The notes under the pieces are model-generated. The model was not told the DNA's origin. It did no database searches and was given only the letters and a program-made list of their open reading frames with translations. A stretch of DNA of 21,104 nucleotides, from the NCBI GenBank assembly GCA_040081625.1, contig JBEBGD010000095.1:1-21104 (forward strand), in the 5' to 3' direction. This document shows positions 9,174 through 18,370 of this stretch, piece by piece; position 1 is the first letter of the stretch, and every line of letters begins with the position of its first letter. Origin of the DNA: Chthoniobacteraceae bacterium (GTDB lineage Bacteria; Verrucomicrobiota; Verrucomicrobiia; Chthoniobacterales; Chthoniobacteraceae). A program made the position numbers and the translations under genes.

Positions 9174-9863
9174 ATGAACACGCTCCGCTACAAAGTGCGA
9201 CCCAACTCCACCCTCGGCTGGAGCGCCAACCTCGACCTCGCCCCCGACCTCCCGGAAGCCGACCTGCTCACCCGCCTCGCTGCCCGCACCGGCCAGAGCG
9301 CCGAAACCTGCCGCACGGTCGCCACCGGCTTCATCGCCGAACTCATCGCCGCCGCCCGCGAAGGCCACGCCTGCCCGAACCTCTTCGAGCTCATCCGCAC
9401 CGAGCCGATCAGCCCCGGCGACGTCCCCTCCAACGATGGCTTCCGCACCACCGACGACCTCAAGCTCGACCTGCGCATCGCCCTGCTCCCCGCCGCCCGC
9501 ACCGCCCTGCGCTCCGGCCTGCAGATCGAAAAGCGCGACCAGTCCGGCCTCAAGACCCCGATCGTCACCGGCCAGAACTGCCTCACCACCGAGCACGCGA
9601 ACTCCTACCGCGCCGGGGACTACATCGTCATCCTCGGCCACGACCTGAAGCTCAACCGCCACGACCCCAAGGTCGGCGTCTTCCTCGCCCCCGTCGCCGG
9701 CGGCCCCGCCCGCCGCTGCACCACCTACGCCCGCACCGCAAAGGAGCGCATCATCGTCCGCGTCCCCGAAGACCTCACCGGCCCCCTCCGGCTCGAAGTC
9801 CGCAGCCGCATCGAATCGAGCCTGCGCGTCTTCACCTACCCGAGCGACCTCCAGCCCGTCTGA
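9174..9863 (+). CDS. HU-like DNA-binding domain + DUF4469 (Ig-like) protein (229 aa)
   Basis: ATG 9174 MNTLRYKVRPN..; helical HU-like N-half (DLLTRLAARTG..FIAELIAAAREGH); C-half TPIVT...IVILGHDLKL..DPKVGVFL...IIVRVP..LTGPLRLEVRSR matches the DUF4469 pattern; strong C-ending codon bias in this frame. Confidence 0.75.
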   Translation: MNTLRYKVRPNSTLGWSANLDLAPDLPEADLLTRLAARTGQSAETCRTVATGFIAELIAAAREGHACPNLFELIRTEPISPGDVPSNDGFRTTDDLKLDLRIALLPAARTALRSGLQIEKRDQSGLKTPIVTGQNCLTTEHANSYRAGDYIVILGHDLKLNRHDPKVGVFLAPVAGGPARRCTTYARTAKERIIVRVPEDLTGPLRLEVRSRIESSLRVFTYPSDLQPV

Positions 9864-9867
9864 GCCT

Positions 9868-9884
9868 CCGCGAGCACCTCGCGG
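9868..9884. terminator. Small hairpin after the HU/DUF4469 gene, overlapping a decayed copy of the DUF1501 3' end
   Basis: CCGCGAG-CAC-CTCGCGG, a perfect 7-bp stem; no U-tract. Confidence 0.35.
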
Positions 9885-9921
9885 CTGGACGCCCGCGCGC
9901 GATTCTGGCAGCCCACACCCC

Positions 9922-10418
9922 ATGAGCACCCTCGGCCATAAAGTGCGTCCCAGCTCCTCCGGCGGCTGGACCACCTACCTCGACCTCGCCGACGACCTCC
10001 GCGAGCCGGAACTCCTCACCCGCCTCGCCGCCCGCACCGGAGCGCCCACCGCCCGCGCCACACTCGCCGAGGGAGTCACCATCGAAAAGCGCGGCCAGCA
10101 AGGCACGAAGACCCCCGTCATCACCCGCGAGAAGTGCTGCACCACCGACCGCAGCGACTCCTACCGCCCCGGCCACATCATCCAACTGCGCGGCCGCAAC
10201 CTCAAACTCGACGACGACGACCCCGAGCAAGGCGTCTTCCTCACCCCCGTGGGCACCACAGACACCCGCCGCTGCGCCGGCAGCCGCGGCGCCACCAAAG
10301 GCCGCGTCCTTGCCACAGTTGCCCGAGGACTTCACCGGCCCCCTTGCGGCTGGAAGTGCGCGTCCGCATCGAGACCAGCCTCCGCTCCTACGTCTTTGGG
10401 ATCGACCTCCCCGCCCTA
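9922..10418 (+). pseudogene. Decayed tandem paralog of the HU/DUF4469 gene
   Basis: MSTLGHKVRP..LLTRLAARTG aligns to the 9174 gene; in-frame deletion of 64 codons; two +1 frameshifts (~10320 gttGccc, ~10345 cttGcgg), after which PEDFTGPL / RLEVRVRIETSLRSYVF match the paralog; no stop codon where expected. Confidence 0.8.
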
Positions 10419-10481
10419 TGCGAAGACCTCCTTCACCACCCGCGCCGGCTCCACCCCGCTCAGCCGCTGGTCCAGGCCCTG
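10416..10481 (-). repeat. Direct repeat copy 1: orphan copy of the last 22 codons (incl. stop) of DUF1501 gene 11120-12538
   Basis: 63/66 identical to 11120-11185; encodes [21 protein letters not shown] on the minus strand; 53-bp perfect core 10429-10481. Confidence 0.97.
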
Positions 10482-10501
10482 CACATTTTGGCGTGCAGGG
10501 C
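10476..10501. promoter_or_regulatory. Perfect 9-bp inverted repeat with 8-bp spacer at the repeat/TA junction (operator or recombination site)
   Basis: GCCCTGCAC-ATTTTGGC-GTGCAGGGC; followed by -10-like TAGTCT (10516-10521) 6 nt before the DUF433 ATG. Confidence 0.55.
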
Positions 10502-10527
10502 AGGACGCGTGTCAGTAGTCTCGCGCC

Positions 10528-10758
10528 ATGCCAGCACTCACCCGCATCACACACGACCCAAATATCATGGGCGGCAAACCCTGCATCCGCGGGCTTCGCG
10601 TCACCGTGGGCACCATCGTCGGCCTCGTGGCGGCGGGCCACCCCGATGCGGAGATCCTGCGCTTGTATCCCTATCTCGCCGCGGAGGACATCCGCGAGGC
10701 GCTGGCCTACGCGGCGTGGCGGGTCGAGGAATTCGAGGTGCCGCTGGGCGTGGCGTGA
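10528..10758 (+). CDS. DUF433 family putative antitoxin
   Basis: 76 aa; RITHDPNIMGGKPCIRGLRVTV..EILRLYPYL..EDIREALAYAA is the DUF433 signature. Confidence 0.96.
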   Translation: MPALTRITHDPNIMGGKPCIRGLRVTVGTIVGLVAAGHPDAEILRLYPYLAAEDIREALAYAAWRVEEFEVPLGVA

Positions 10759-11117
10759 GGCTGCTCATAGACATGAACCTCTCCCCCGAGTGGGAGCCCC
10801 TCCTGCGGGAGAATGGCTTAGATGCGGTGCACTGGTCGCTCGTCGGCGCCCCCAACGCCCCGGACACCGAGATCATGCAATGGGCGCGCGATCACGGCTA
10901 CGCGGTCTTCACCCACGACCTCGATTTCGGAATCCTGCTGGCCCATGGCAAGGATGGCAGGCCGAGCGTCATTCAAGTCCGCACGCAGGATGTGTCGCCG
11001 GTGCACCTCGGCCCGGTCGTCTTGAGCGCGCTGCGAGCGCACGGCGCCGCACTGGAGAGCGGCGCACTCCTGACGATCGACGAAGCGAAGGCGCGCGTGC
11101 GGATTCTGCCGATCTGA
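10755..11117 (+). CDS. DUF5615 family PIN-like putative toxin (120 aa)
   Basis: GTG start overlaps the DUF433 stop (GTGA); (M)RLLIDMNLS..DAVHW..APDTEIMQWA..VFTHDLDFG..PSVIQVR..RVRILPI, with PIN acidic residues present. Confidence 0.93.
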   Translation: MRLLIDMNLSPEWEPLLRENGLDAVHWSLVGAPNAPDTEIMQWARDHGYAVFTHDLDFGILLAHGKDGRPSVIQVRTQDVSPVHLGPVVLSALRAHGAALESGALLTIDEAKARVRILPI

Positions 11118-11119
11118 GC

Positions 11120-11185
11120 CTACGCGAACACTTCCTTCACCACCCGCGCCGGCTCCACCCCGCTCAGCCGCTGGTCCAGGCCCTG
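11120..11185 (-). repeat. Direct repeat copy 2 (the functional 3' end of the DUF1501 gene)
   Basis: Matches 10416-10481 except at 11123, 11129 and 11132. Confidence 0.97.
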
Positions 11186-12538
11186 GAACTTGAAGATCAG
11201 CCGCTCATGGTCGATCCCCAGCGCATGCAGGATCGTCGCGTGGAAGTCGTGGACGCTCACCTTGTCCACCGCCGCCTTGAAGCCGATGTCGTCCGTCTCC
11301 CCGTAGTGAGCCCCGCCCTTCACCCCGCCACCAGCCAGCCATGCCGTGAACGCATGGGGATTGTGATCGCGCCCCGGCTTCGCCCCCTTCTGCGAGATGG
11401 GCAGCCGCCCGAACTCACCCGCGCACACCACCAGCGTATCCTCCAGCATCCCCCGCTGCGCCAGGTCCGCCAGCAGCGCGGCGAAAGGCTGATCCACCTC
11501 CCGCGCAAACCCGGAGTGATTACCGATGAGATCGCTATGGCAGTCCCATGATAGCTGATTCTCCATGCCGCCCGAGTAGATCTGCACGAAGCGCGTGCCG
11601 CGCTCCACGAGCCGGCGGGCCGTGAGGCATTGCGCCGCCATGTGCGAGCAGTGCGGCTGATCCAGCCCGTAGAGCTTGCGCACATGCTCCGGCTCGCCCT
11701 TCAAGTCGAACGTCTCCGGCGCCGCCGTCTGCATCCGGTAAGCCAGCTCGAAGCTATCCACCCGCGCCGCCAGCTCGCTCTCGATGGTCGAGTCGGCGAG
11801 GGAGGCGCGGTTGAGCCGCGCCAGCAGATCGAGCTGCTCCCGCTGCCGCTGCTCGGAGAGGTTGGGCAGCCGTTTGAGGTTATCGATCGGCTCACCCTTC
11901 GGCTTGAGCCACGTGCCTTGATAGACACTCGGCAGGAACCCCGCCGTCCAGTTGCTGGCGTTGCCCTTCGGCAGCCCGCGGTCCTTCGGATCGCTCATCA
12001 CGATGAACGCCGGGAGGTCATCGCTCGCGGAGCCAAGCCCATACGTCACCCACGCACCCGCGCTCGGGAAGCCCATGCGCGTCTCGCCCGTGTTCATCAT
12101 GAACAGCGCGGGGGAGTGGTTGTTAGACTTGGTCCAGCACGAGTGGATGAAGGCCATCTTGTCCACGTGCTGCGTGAGCGTGGGGAAAAGATCGCTGCCC
12201 CACGTGCCGCTCTGCCCGTGCTGCGCCCACTTGAACGGCGAACCCATCAGCGGCCCGACCTGCGCGGGGAAGAAGCCCGTCTTCGGATCAAAGCCGTCGA
12301 GCGGCTTACCGTCGCGCTTCTGCAACTCGGGCTTGTAGTCCCACGTATCCACATGGCTCACGCCGCCATTCATGAAGAGCCAGATGACCGACTTGGCCTT
12401 CCCGGGGAAGTGCGGGGTCTTCGGTGCGAGCGGATTGGTCGTGGCGCCGCGCGCGATGAGGTCTTGCAGCGCGAGCATGCCAAAGCCGGCGCCGGCACGG
12501 TGGAAGAAATCGCGGCGGGAGAGATGGTGCGTGTTCAT
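11120..12538 (-). CDS. DUF1501 family protein, Tat-exported
   Basis: SRRDFF twin-arginine signal; [41 protein letters not shown]. Confidence 0.96.
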   Translation of the reverse strand: MNTHHLSRRDFFHRAGAGFGMLALQDLIARGATTNPLAPKTPHFPGKAKSVIWLFMNGGVSHVDTWDYKPELQKRDGKPLDGFDPKTGFFPAQVGPLMGSPFKWAQHGQSGTWGSDLFPTLTQHVDKMAFIHSCWTKSNNHSPALFMMNTGETRMGFPSAGAWVTYGLGSASDDLPAFIVMSDPKDRGLPKGNASNWTAGFLPSVYQGTWLKPKGEPIDNLKRLPNLSEQRQREQLDLLARLNRASLADSTIESELAARVDSFELAYRMQTAAPETFDLKGEPEHVRKLYGLDQPHCSHMAAQCLTARRLVERGTRFVQIYSGGMENQLSWDCHSDLIGNHSGFAREVDQPFAALLADLAQRGMLEDTLVVCAGEFGRLPISQKGAKPGRDHNPHAFTAWLAGGGVKGGAHYGETDDIGFKAAVDKVSVHDFHATILHALGIDHERLIFKFQGLDQRLSGVEPARVVKEVFA

Positions 12539-13950
12539 GCGAGGATGGGTTTGATGAGTTCGCCGTGGATGTCGGTGAGTCGGTAGTCGCGCCCTTGGTT
12601 GCGGAACGTGAGCCGCGTGTGATCGAGGCCGAGCAGGTGGAGCACGGTGGCGTTGAGGTCGTGGATGTGCACGGGGTCCTTCACGATGTTGTAGGAGTAT
12701 TCATCGGTCTCGCCGAACGTCATCCCCGGCTTCACGCCCGCCCCGGCGAGCCAGATCGAGAAGCAGCGCGGGTGATGATCGCGCCCGTAGTTGTCGGCGG
12801 TGAGTGTGCCCTGCGAATAGACCGAACGCCCGAACTCGCCGCCCCAGATGACCAGCGTGTCGTCGAGCAACCCGCGCTCCTTCAACTCCCCGAGCAGCGC
12901 CGCCGTCGGCTGGTCGGTGTCGTGGCACTGGCTCTTGATCCCGCTCGGCAGGTTACCGTGCTGGTCCCAGCCGCGGTGATAGAGCTGCACGAAGCGCACG
13001 TCGCGCTCGGCGAGCCGCCGCGCGAGGATGCAGTTTGCGGCGTAAGTGCCCGGCTTGCGCGACTCCGGCCCATAGCGCTCGAAAACGGACGGGGGCTCCT
13101 TCGACAGGTCCGCCAACTCCGGCACAGCGGCCTGCATGCGGAAGGCCATCTCGTATTGATCGATCCGCGCCTGCGTCTCGGGATCCTGGTAGTCGTCGAG
13201 CTTCATCCGGTTCAGGGCGGCGAGGTCGTCGAGCATCGCGCGGCGGCGCGTGTTGGTAATGCCCGGCGGGTTCGAGAGGAAGAGCACGGGATTATCGCCC
13301 GAGCTGAGACGCACGCCTTGAAACCGCGGCGGCAGGAAGCCCGCGCCCCACATGCGCTCGTGGAGCGGCTGCGCATTCGTCGGCCCGCTCGGGCGTGAGA
13401 TCATCACCACGAATGCGGGCAGGTTCGCATTCACCGAGCCGAGTCCGTAGGAAAGCCATGCGCCGAGCGCGGGCCGTCCCGCGGTCTGATGCCCGGTCTG
13501 GAGCAGCGTCATCGCGGGGTCGTGATTGATCGCCTCCGTGTGCAGCGAGCGGATCACGCACAGCTCGTCGGCGAAGCGCGCCGTGTGCGGGAGCAATTCG
13601 CTGAGCCGCGTGCCGGATTGCCCGTGCGAGTCGAACTTGAACACCGACGGCGCGATTGGGAAACGCTTCTGCCCCGAAGTCATGCCCGTGAGCCGCTGCC
13701 CGCCGCGCACCGAGTCGGGCAGGTCCTTGTCGAACTGCGCCTTCAGCCCCGGCTTCTCGTCGAAGAGATCGATCTGCGAAGGCGCGCCCGCTTGCGTGAG
13801 CCAGATGATTCGCTTCGCCTTCGGCGCGAAGTGCGAGAGCCCACCGAAGACGCGCGGATTCATGAGCGATGCGAGCGCCGCCGCGCCGATGCCGGTCGCG
13901 GTGCGACCGAGGAACTGACGACGTGCGATGTGCAGAAGTGGATCGTTCAT
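12535..13950 (-). CDS. DUF1501 family protein, Tat-exported
   Basis: True start ATG 13950 ([15 protein letters not shown]), ATGA overlap with the upstream stop; [41 protein letters not shown]. Confidence 0.95.
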   Translation of the reverse strand: MNDPLLHIARRQFLGRTATGIGAAALASLMNPRVFGGLSHFAPKAKRIIWLTQAGAPSQIDLFDEKPGLKAQFDKDLPDSVRGGQRLTGMTSGQKRFPIAPSVFKFDSHGQSGTRLSELLPHTARFADELCVIRSLHTEAINHDPAMTLLQTGHQTAGRPALGAWLSYGLGSVNANLPAFVVMISRPSGPTNAQPLHERMWGAGFLPPRFQGVRLSSGDNPVLFLSNPPGITNTRRRAMLDDLAALNRMKLDDYQDPETQARIDQYEMAFRMQAAVPELADLSKEPPSVFERYGPESRKPGTYAANCILARRLAERDVRFVQLYHRGWDQHGNLPSGIKSQCHDTDQPTAALLGELKERGLLDDTLVIWGGEFGRSVYSQGTLTADNYGRDHHPRCFSIWLAGAGVKPGMTFGETDEYSYNIVKDPVHIHDLNATVLHLLGLDHTRLTFRNQGRDYRLTDIHGELIKPILA

Positions 13951-16931
13951 TCCTTCGTCACGGTTTCGTCGAGGTTCAGGATCGTGCTCGCCACCGTCGT
14001 CAGCGCGGCGAGCTGCGCCGCGTCGAGCCTCGTGTCGGTCGTTGCTTCGCCGACTTTCAGCAAGCCGCTCGTGCCTGCGGCGTCGCTGCGGAATTCGCCG
14101 AGCGCGCGAACGTAAGCCGCGGTAAGCACCGCCAGCTCCGCGGACTTCGGCGCGCGCGCGAGCACGAGCTGGAAGCCGCGCGCGATCCGCGACTCGGGCG
14201 ACTCGCCGCCTTCGCGCATCATGCGCTGCGCGAGGAAGCGCGCCGCTTCCACGTAGGTCGGGTCGTTCATCAGGTTGAGCGCCTGCAGCGGCGTGTTCGT
14301 GCGTGGCCGACGCACGGTGCACGTCTCGCGGAACGGCGCGTCGAACGTGAGCATCGCGGGGTTCGGCACGGAGCGTTTCCAATACGTGTAGAGGCTGCGC
14401 CGGTGCAACTCGTCGCCCTTCCCCTGCACGTAAGTCCCCGCGCTGCTGCCCGCGACCACCTGCTCGTAAAGTCCCGGCGGATGATACGGCTTCACCGAAG
14501 GCCCGCCGATCCTGCCGACGAGCAGCCCGCTCGCCGCGAGCGCCTGGTCGCGGATCGCCTCGCCCGCGAGACGGAAGCGCGGCCCTCGCGCGAGCAGGCG
14601 GTTCTCCGGGTCGCGCTCGTGCAGCGCGGCGGTCAGCCGCGAGCTTTGCCGATAGGTCGCGCTCGTCACGACCAGCCGCATCATCGCCTTCACGTCCCAG
14701 CCCGTGTGCACGAACTCCATCGCGAGCCAGTCGAGCAACTCGAGATGACTCGGCGCCTCGCCCTGCGCGCCGAAGTCTTCTGCCGTCTTCACGAGCCCGG
14801 CGCCGAAGACGGACTGCCACAAGCGATTCACCGTCACACGCGCCGGCAGCGGGTTCGCCGGATCGACGAGCCAGCGCGCGAGGCCGAGGCGGTTTCGCGG
14901 TGCGTCTGCGGCGAGCGACGGCAGCGTCGCGGGCGTGGCCGCGGTGACTTCGTCGCCCGGCTTGTCGTAGGCGCCACGCATGAGCACGAACGTCTGCCGC
15001 GGTTGCGGCAGCTCTTCCATCACGAGCGTCGTCTGCACCTCGCGATCGAGCTTGTCGCGCTGCTGCGTGAGCGCGGTGATGCGGTCATCGAGCGCGCGCA
15101 GCGCGGGGCTTTGCTGCGCGTGGAAATCGGCGAGCCGCTTCTTCTCAGCCGGCGTGCGCTTGGCCGCGTCCTTCTTTGCCAGCGCAAGGATCGCGCTGGG
15201 CGCGAACAGCTCGGGATCGCTGCCCGTAGTCGCGATGCGCCAGAGCATCGGCCCGGAGCCGTAGCCGGCGTCGATCACGACGCGCAGATCGGTGCCCGCG
15301 ATCGGCTCGGCGAATTCAAACACGCCCGCGAACGACTTCGCTTCGCGCGGCGCGACGGTCGTGAAGGTCTGTTTCGCGCCGTCGAGCGTCTTCGTCAGTT
15401 CCGCCTTCGCGATGGAGTCGCCGCTCTCAACCGCGCGCAGCTTGAGTTGCTGCTTGCCGACAAAGACGCGCACGTCCAGCCAGCGCGCCGTGCCGCTCAT
15501 GCCTGCGTCGGCGCACTCGATCTTCAGCGCCGTCGCGCGGCCGGCGGAGAAACGCACGCTGCAATTCGCCGTGAACGCGCTGCCCGGATTCGGAGCTTCG
15601 ATCCGCGCGCCGTCGGGCCGGACCTCGACGAGCGCCTTGCCCGCCTCGACCTTCACAAACTCGCCCGGCGTCCACTTCATCTCCGTCGTCGCAAGCCGCT
15701 GCGCCCATTCATCGGTGCCCGAGTTCGCTTCCGCCGTCGCGGTCACGAGCTGCTTTTTCGCCGCCGCAATGTCCGCATCGAGCGTCGCGAGTTTCTTCGT
15801 CTGCTCGTCGGTCGGCAGGCGGAGGAAGGGCGGCGCGTTGATGCGGATGGGCGAGCCGTAGCTGCCGATGCCCTTCTCGCTCACGTTATGGAAGAACGCC
15901 TTCATCGCGTAGAAATCGCGCTGCGTGAACGGGTCGTATTTGTGGTCGTGGCAACGCGCGCAATTGAACGTCTGCGCGAGCCACACCGTCGCCGTCGTCT
16001 CGACGCGGTCGGCGGTGTATTCGGCGAGGAACTCCTCCGCGATGATCCCGCCTTCCTCGTTCATCATGTGGTTGCGGTGGAAGCCGGTCGCGATGCGCTG
16101 ATCACGCGTCGCGTTCGGCAGGAGGTCACCGGCGATCTGCTCGATGGTGAATTGATCGAACGGCTTGTTCTCGTTGAACGCGCGGATCACCCAATCCCGC
16201 CACGGCCACAGCTCGCGGTCGCGATCGACCTGGTAGCCGTTCGAGTCCGCGAAGCGCGCCGCATCGAGCCAATCGATCGCCATGCGCTCGCCGTAGCGCG
16301 GCGACGCGAGCAACCGCTCGACCAGCCGCTCGTAAGCATCCGCGCCCGTGTCGCCAAGAAAGGTGTTCACTTCCTCCGGGGTCGGCGGCAGCCCCGTGAG
16401 ATCGAGCGTCACGCGGCGGATGAGCGTGGCGACATCCGCCTCCGGCGAAGGCGTGAGGCCTTCGCGCTCCAGCCGCGCGAGGATGAAACGATCGACCGCG
16501 TTCTTCACCCACGCCGCATTCTTCACCGGCGGCAGCTCCGCCCGCTTCGGCGCAATGAATGCCCAGTGCGGCTCATACTCCGCGCCTTCGCTGATCCAGC
16601 GCCGCAACGTCTCGCGCTGAGCGGCGGTGAGCGCCTTGTGCGCTTTCGGCGGCGGCATCACTTCATCGCGATCGGTCGAGACGATCCGCTTCATCACCTC
16701 GCTCTCGTCCGGCTTCCCCGGCACGAACGCCGCGCCCGATTCGCCGCCCGTTAGCGCCGCGTCGCGCTGGTCGAGCCGCAGCTTGCCCTTGCGCTGCGCG
16801 GCGTCGGGACCGTGGCACGCAAAGCATTTGTCCGACAGGATCGGCCGCACATCGCGGTTGAACGCCAGCTTTTCTCCCGCGTGCGCGCCGAGGGTGAGCG
16901 CGGTGGCGATGAGAGCGGCGCGGCGGATCAT
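13947..16931 (-). CDS. Planctomycete cytochrome c (PSCyt1) + DUF1549 + DUF1553 (PSD1) protein
   Basis: Signal peptide; [20 protein letters not shown] (CxxCH), [69 protein letters not shown]. Confidence 0.96.
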   Translation of the reverse strand: MIRRAALIATALTLGAHAGEKLAFNRDVRPILSDKCFACHGPDAAQRKGKLRLDQRDAALTGGESGAAFVPGKPDESEVMKRIVSTDRDEVMPPPKAHKALTAAQRETLRRWISEGAEYEPHWAFIAPKRAELPPVKNAAWVKNAVDRFILARLEREGLTPSPEADVATLIRRVTLDLTGLPPTPEEVNTFLGDTGADAYERLVERLLASPRYGERMAIDWLDAARFADSNGYQVDRDRELWPWRDWVIRAFNENKPFDQFTIEQIAGDLLPNATRDQRIATGFHRNHMMNEEGGIIAEEFLAEYTADRVETTATVWLAQTFNCARCHDHKYDPFTQRDFYAMKAFFHNVSEKGIGSYGSPIRINAPPFLRLPTDEQTKKLATLDADIAAAKKQLVTATAEANSGTDEWAQRLATTEMKWTPGEFVKVEAGKALVEVRPDGARIEAPNPGSAFTANCSVRFSAGRATALKIECADAGMSGTARWLDVRVFVGKQQLKLRAVESGDSIAKAELTKTLDGAKQTFTTVAPREAKSFAGVFEFAEPIAGTDLRVVIDAGYGSGPMLWRIATTGSDPELFAPSAILALAKKDAAKRTPAEKKRLADFHAQQSPALRALDDRITALTQQRDKLDREVQTTLVMEELPQPRQTFVLMRGAYDKPGDEVTAATPATLPSLAADAPRNRLGLARWLVDPANPLPARVTVNRLWQSVFGAGLVKTAEDFGAQGEAPSHLELLDWLAMEFVHTGWDVKAMMRLVVTSATYRQSSRLTAALHERDPENRLLARGPRFRLAGEAIRDQALAASGLLVGRIGGPSVKPYHPPGLYEQVVAGSSAGTYVQGKGDELHRRSLYTYWKRSVPNPAMLTFDAPFRETCTVRRPRTNTPLQALNLMNDPTYVEAARFLAQRMMREGGESPESRIARGFQLVLARAPKSAELAVLTAAYVRALGEFRSDAAGTSGLLKVGEATTDTRLDAAQLAALTTVASTILNLDETVTKE

Positions 16932-18370
16932 GCGAGGATCGGCTTCACCAGCTCGCCGTGGATGTCCGTGAGCCGGAAGTCGCGGCCCTGGTAACGATAG
17001 ACGAGTCGCGTGTGATCGACGCCCATGAGGTGCAGGATCGTCGCGTTGAGATCGTGCACGTGCACCGGGTTCTCGGTGATGTTGTAGCAGAACTCATCCG
17101 TCGCCCCGAGCGTCGTGCCGCCTTTCACGCCCGCGCCGGCGAGGAACATCGTGAAGCAGCGCGGGTGATGATCGCGCCCGTAGTTGTCGGCGGTGAGCGT
17201 GCCTTGCGAATAGACCGTGCGCCCGAACTCTCCGCCCCACACGATGAGCGTGTCTTCGAGCAAGCCGCGCTGTTTGAGATCGCGGATGAGCGCCGCGGTC
17301 GGTTGATCGGTGTCGCGGCACTGCCCGCGGATCGCGTTCGGCAAGCCGCCGTGATGATCCCAGCCCATGTGAAAGAGCTGCACGAAGCGCACGTCGCGCT
17401 CGGCGAGCCGCCGCGCGAGCAGGCAGTTCGCCGCGTAGGTGCCCGGCGTCTTCACATCCGGCCCATACGCGTCGAGCACGCTCTTCGGCTCCGTGGAAAT
17501 GTCGGTGAGATCGGGCACGCTCGCCTGCATGCGGAAGGCCATCTCGTATTGCGCCACGCGCGTCTGGATTTCCGGATCGCGCAGCACGTCGAAGCGTTTG
17601 CCATTCAGCGCCGAGAGCTCGTCGAGCGTCTCGCGCCGCGTCTCGCGATCGACGCCCGGCGGATTCGAGAGATAGAGCACCGGGTCGCCCGTGTTGCGGA
17701 ACTTCACGCCCTGGTGCTTCGACGGCAGGAAGCCCGCGCTCCATAGCCGATCGTAGAGCGGCTGATCGTCGCGCCGCCCCGTGCCGAACGACGTGAGCAC
17801 GACATACGCGGGCAGATCCGCATTCTCGCTGCCGAGCCCGTAACCGAGCCACGAGCCGATGCTCGGGCGTCCCGCGAGCTGAAAGCCGGTCTGCATGAAC
17901 GTGATCGCCGGATCGTGATTGATCGCCTCGGTGAACATCGAGCGCACGACGCACAGGTCATCCGCGACACCCGAGAGATGCGGCAGCAACTCGCTCATCC
18001 ACGCGCCGCCCTTGCCGTGCTGCGTGAACTTGAACATCGACGGCGCGACCGGAAACGTCTTCTGCCCCGAGGTCATCGTCGTGAGCCGTTGCCCACGCCG
18101 GATTGAGTCGGGCAAGTCAATTCCGCGATGTTTCTCGAGCCCCGGCTTGGGATCGAAGAGGTCCATCTGCGACGGCGCGCCCGATTGGAAGAGATAGATG
18201 ATCCGCTTCGCCTTCGGCGCGAAGTGCGTGTTCGCGCGCGCATCGCCGACGAGCGATCCGAGCGCCGCGAGCCCGATGCCGCCGGCGGAGCGCTGGAGGA
18301 AAGTGCGCCGCGTGATCGCGAAGCGTTGATCGGCGTTGAGGTTGAGGAAGGCGTGGTCGTTGCAGTTCAT
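16928..18370 (-). CDS. DUF1501 family protein, Tat-exported
   Basis: True start ATG 18370 ([16 protein letters not shown]), ATGA overlap; [30 protein letters not shown]. Confidence 0.95.
   Translation of the reverse strand: MNCNDHAFLNLNADQRFAITRRTFLQRSAGGIGLAALGSLVGDARANTHFAPKAKRIIYLFQSGAPSQMDLFDPKPGLEKHRGIDLPDSIRRGQRLTTMTSGQKTFPVAPSMFKFTQHGKGGAWMSELLPHLSGVADDLCVVRSMFTEAINHDPAITFMQTGFQLAGRPSIGSWLGYGLGSENADLPAYVVLTSFGTGRRDDQPLYDRLWSAGFLPSKHQGVKFRNTGDPVLYLSNPPGVDRETRRETLDELSALNGKRFDVLRDPEIQTRVAQYEMAFRMQASVPDLTDISTEPKSVLDAYGPDVKTPGTYAANCLLARRLAERDVRFVQLFHMGWDHHGGLPNAIRGQCRDTDQPTAALIRDLKQRGLLEDTLIVWGGEFGRTVYSQGTLTADNYGRDHHPRCFTMFLAGAGVKGGTTLGATDEFCYNITENPVHVHDLNATILHLMGVDHTRLVYRYQGRDFRLTDIHGELVKPILA

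Noticed and set aside
9090..9974. N-terminal extension making the kinase ORF 1198 aa
   Set aside because: Gly/Ala/Glu-rich antisense shadow of the plus-strand 9174 gene; the FHA domain begins just after ATG 9089
10134..10754. 327-aa ORF joining the pseudogene tail to the PIN toxin
   Set aside because: Incidental read-through across the repeat and out of frame through DUF433; the toxin starts at GTG 10755
9859..11185. CRISPR array, integron attC array or IS target-site duplication as explanation for the repeats
   Set aside because: Repeats are coding-gene ends of unequal length with 0.5-0.7 kb spacing; no cas, intI or transposase gene, no attC R-box pattern, no terminal inverted repeats seen
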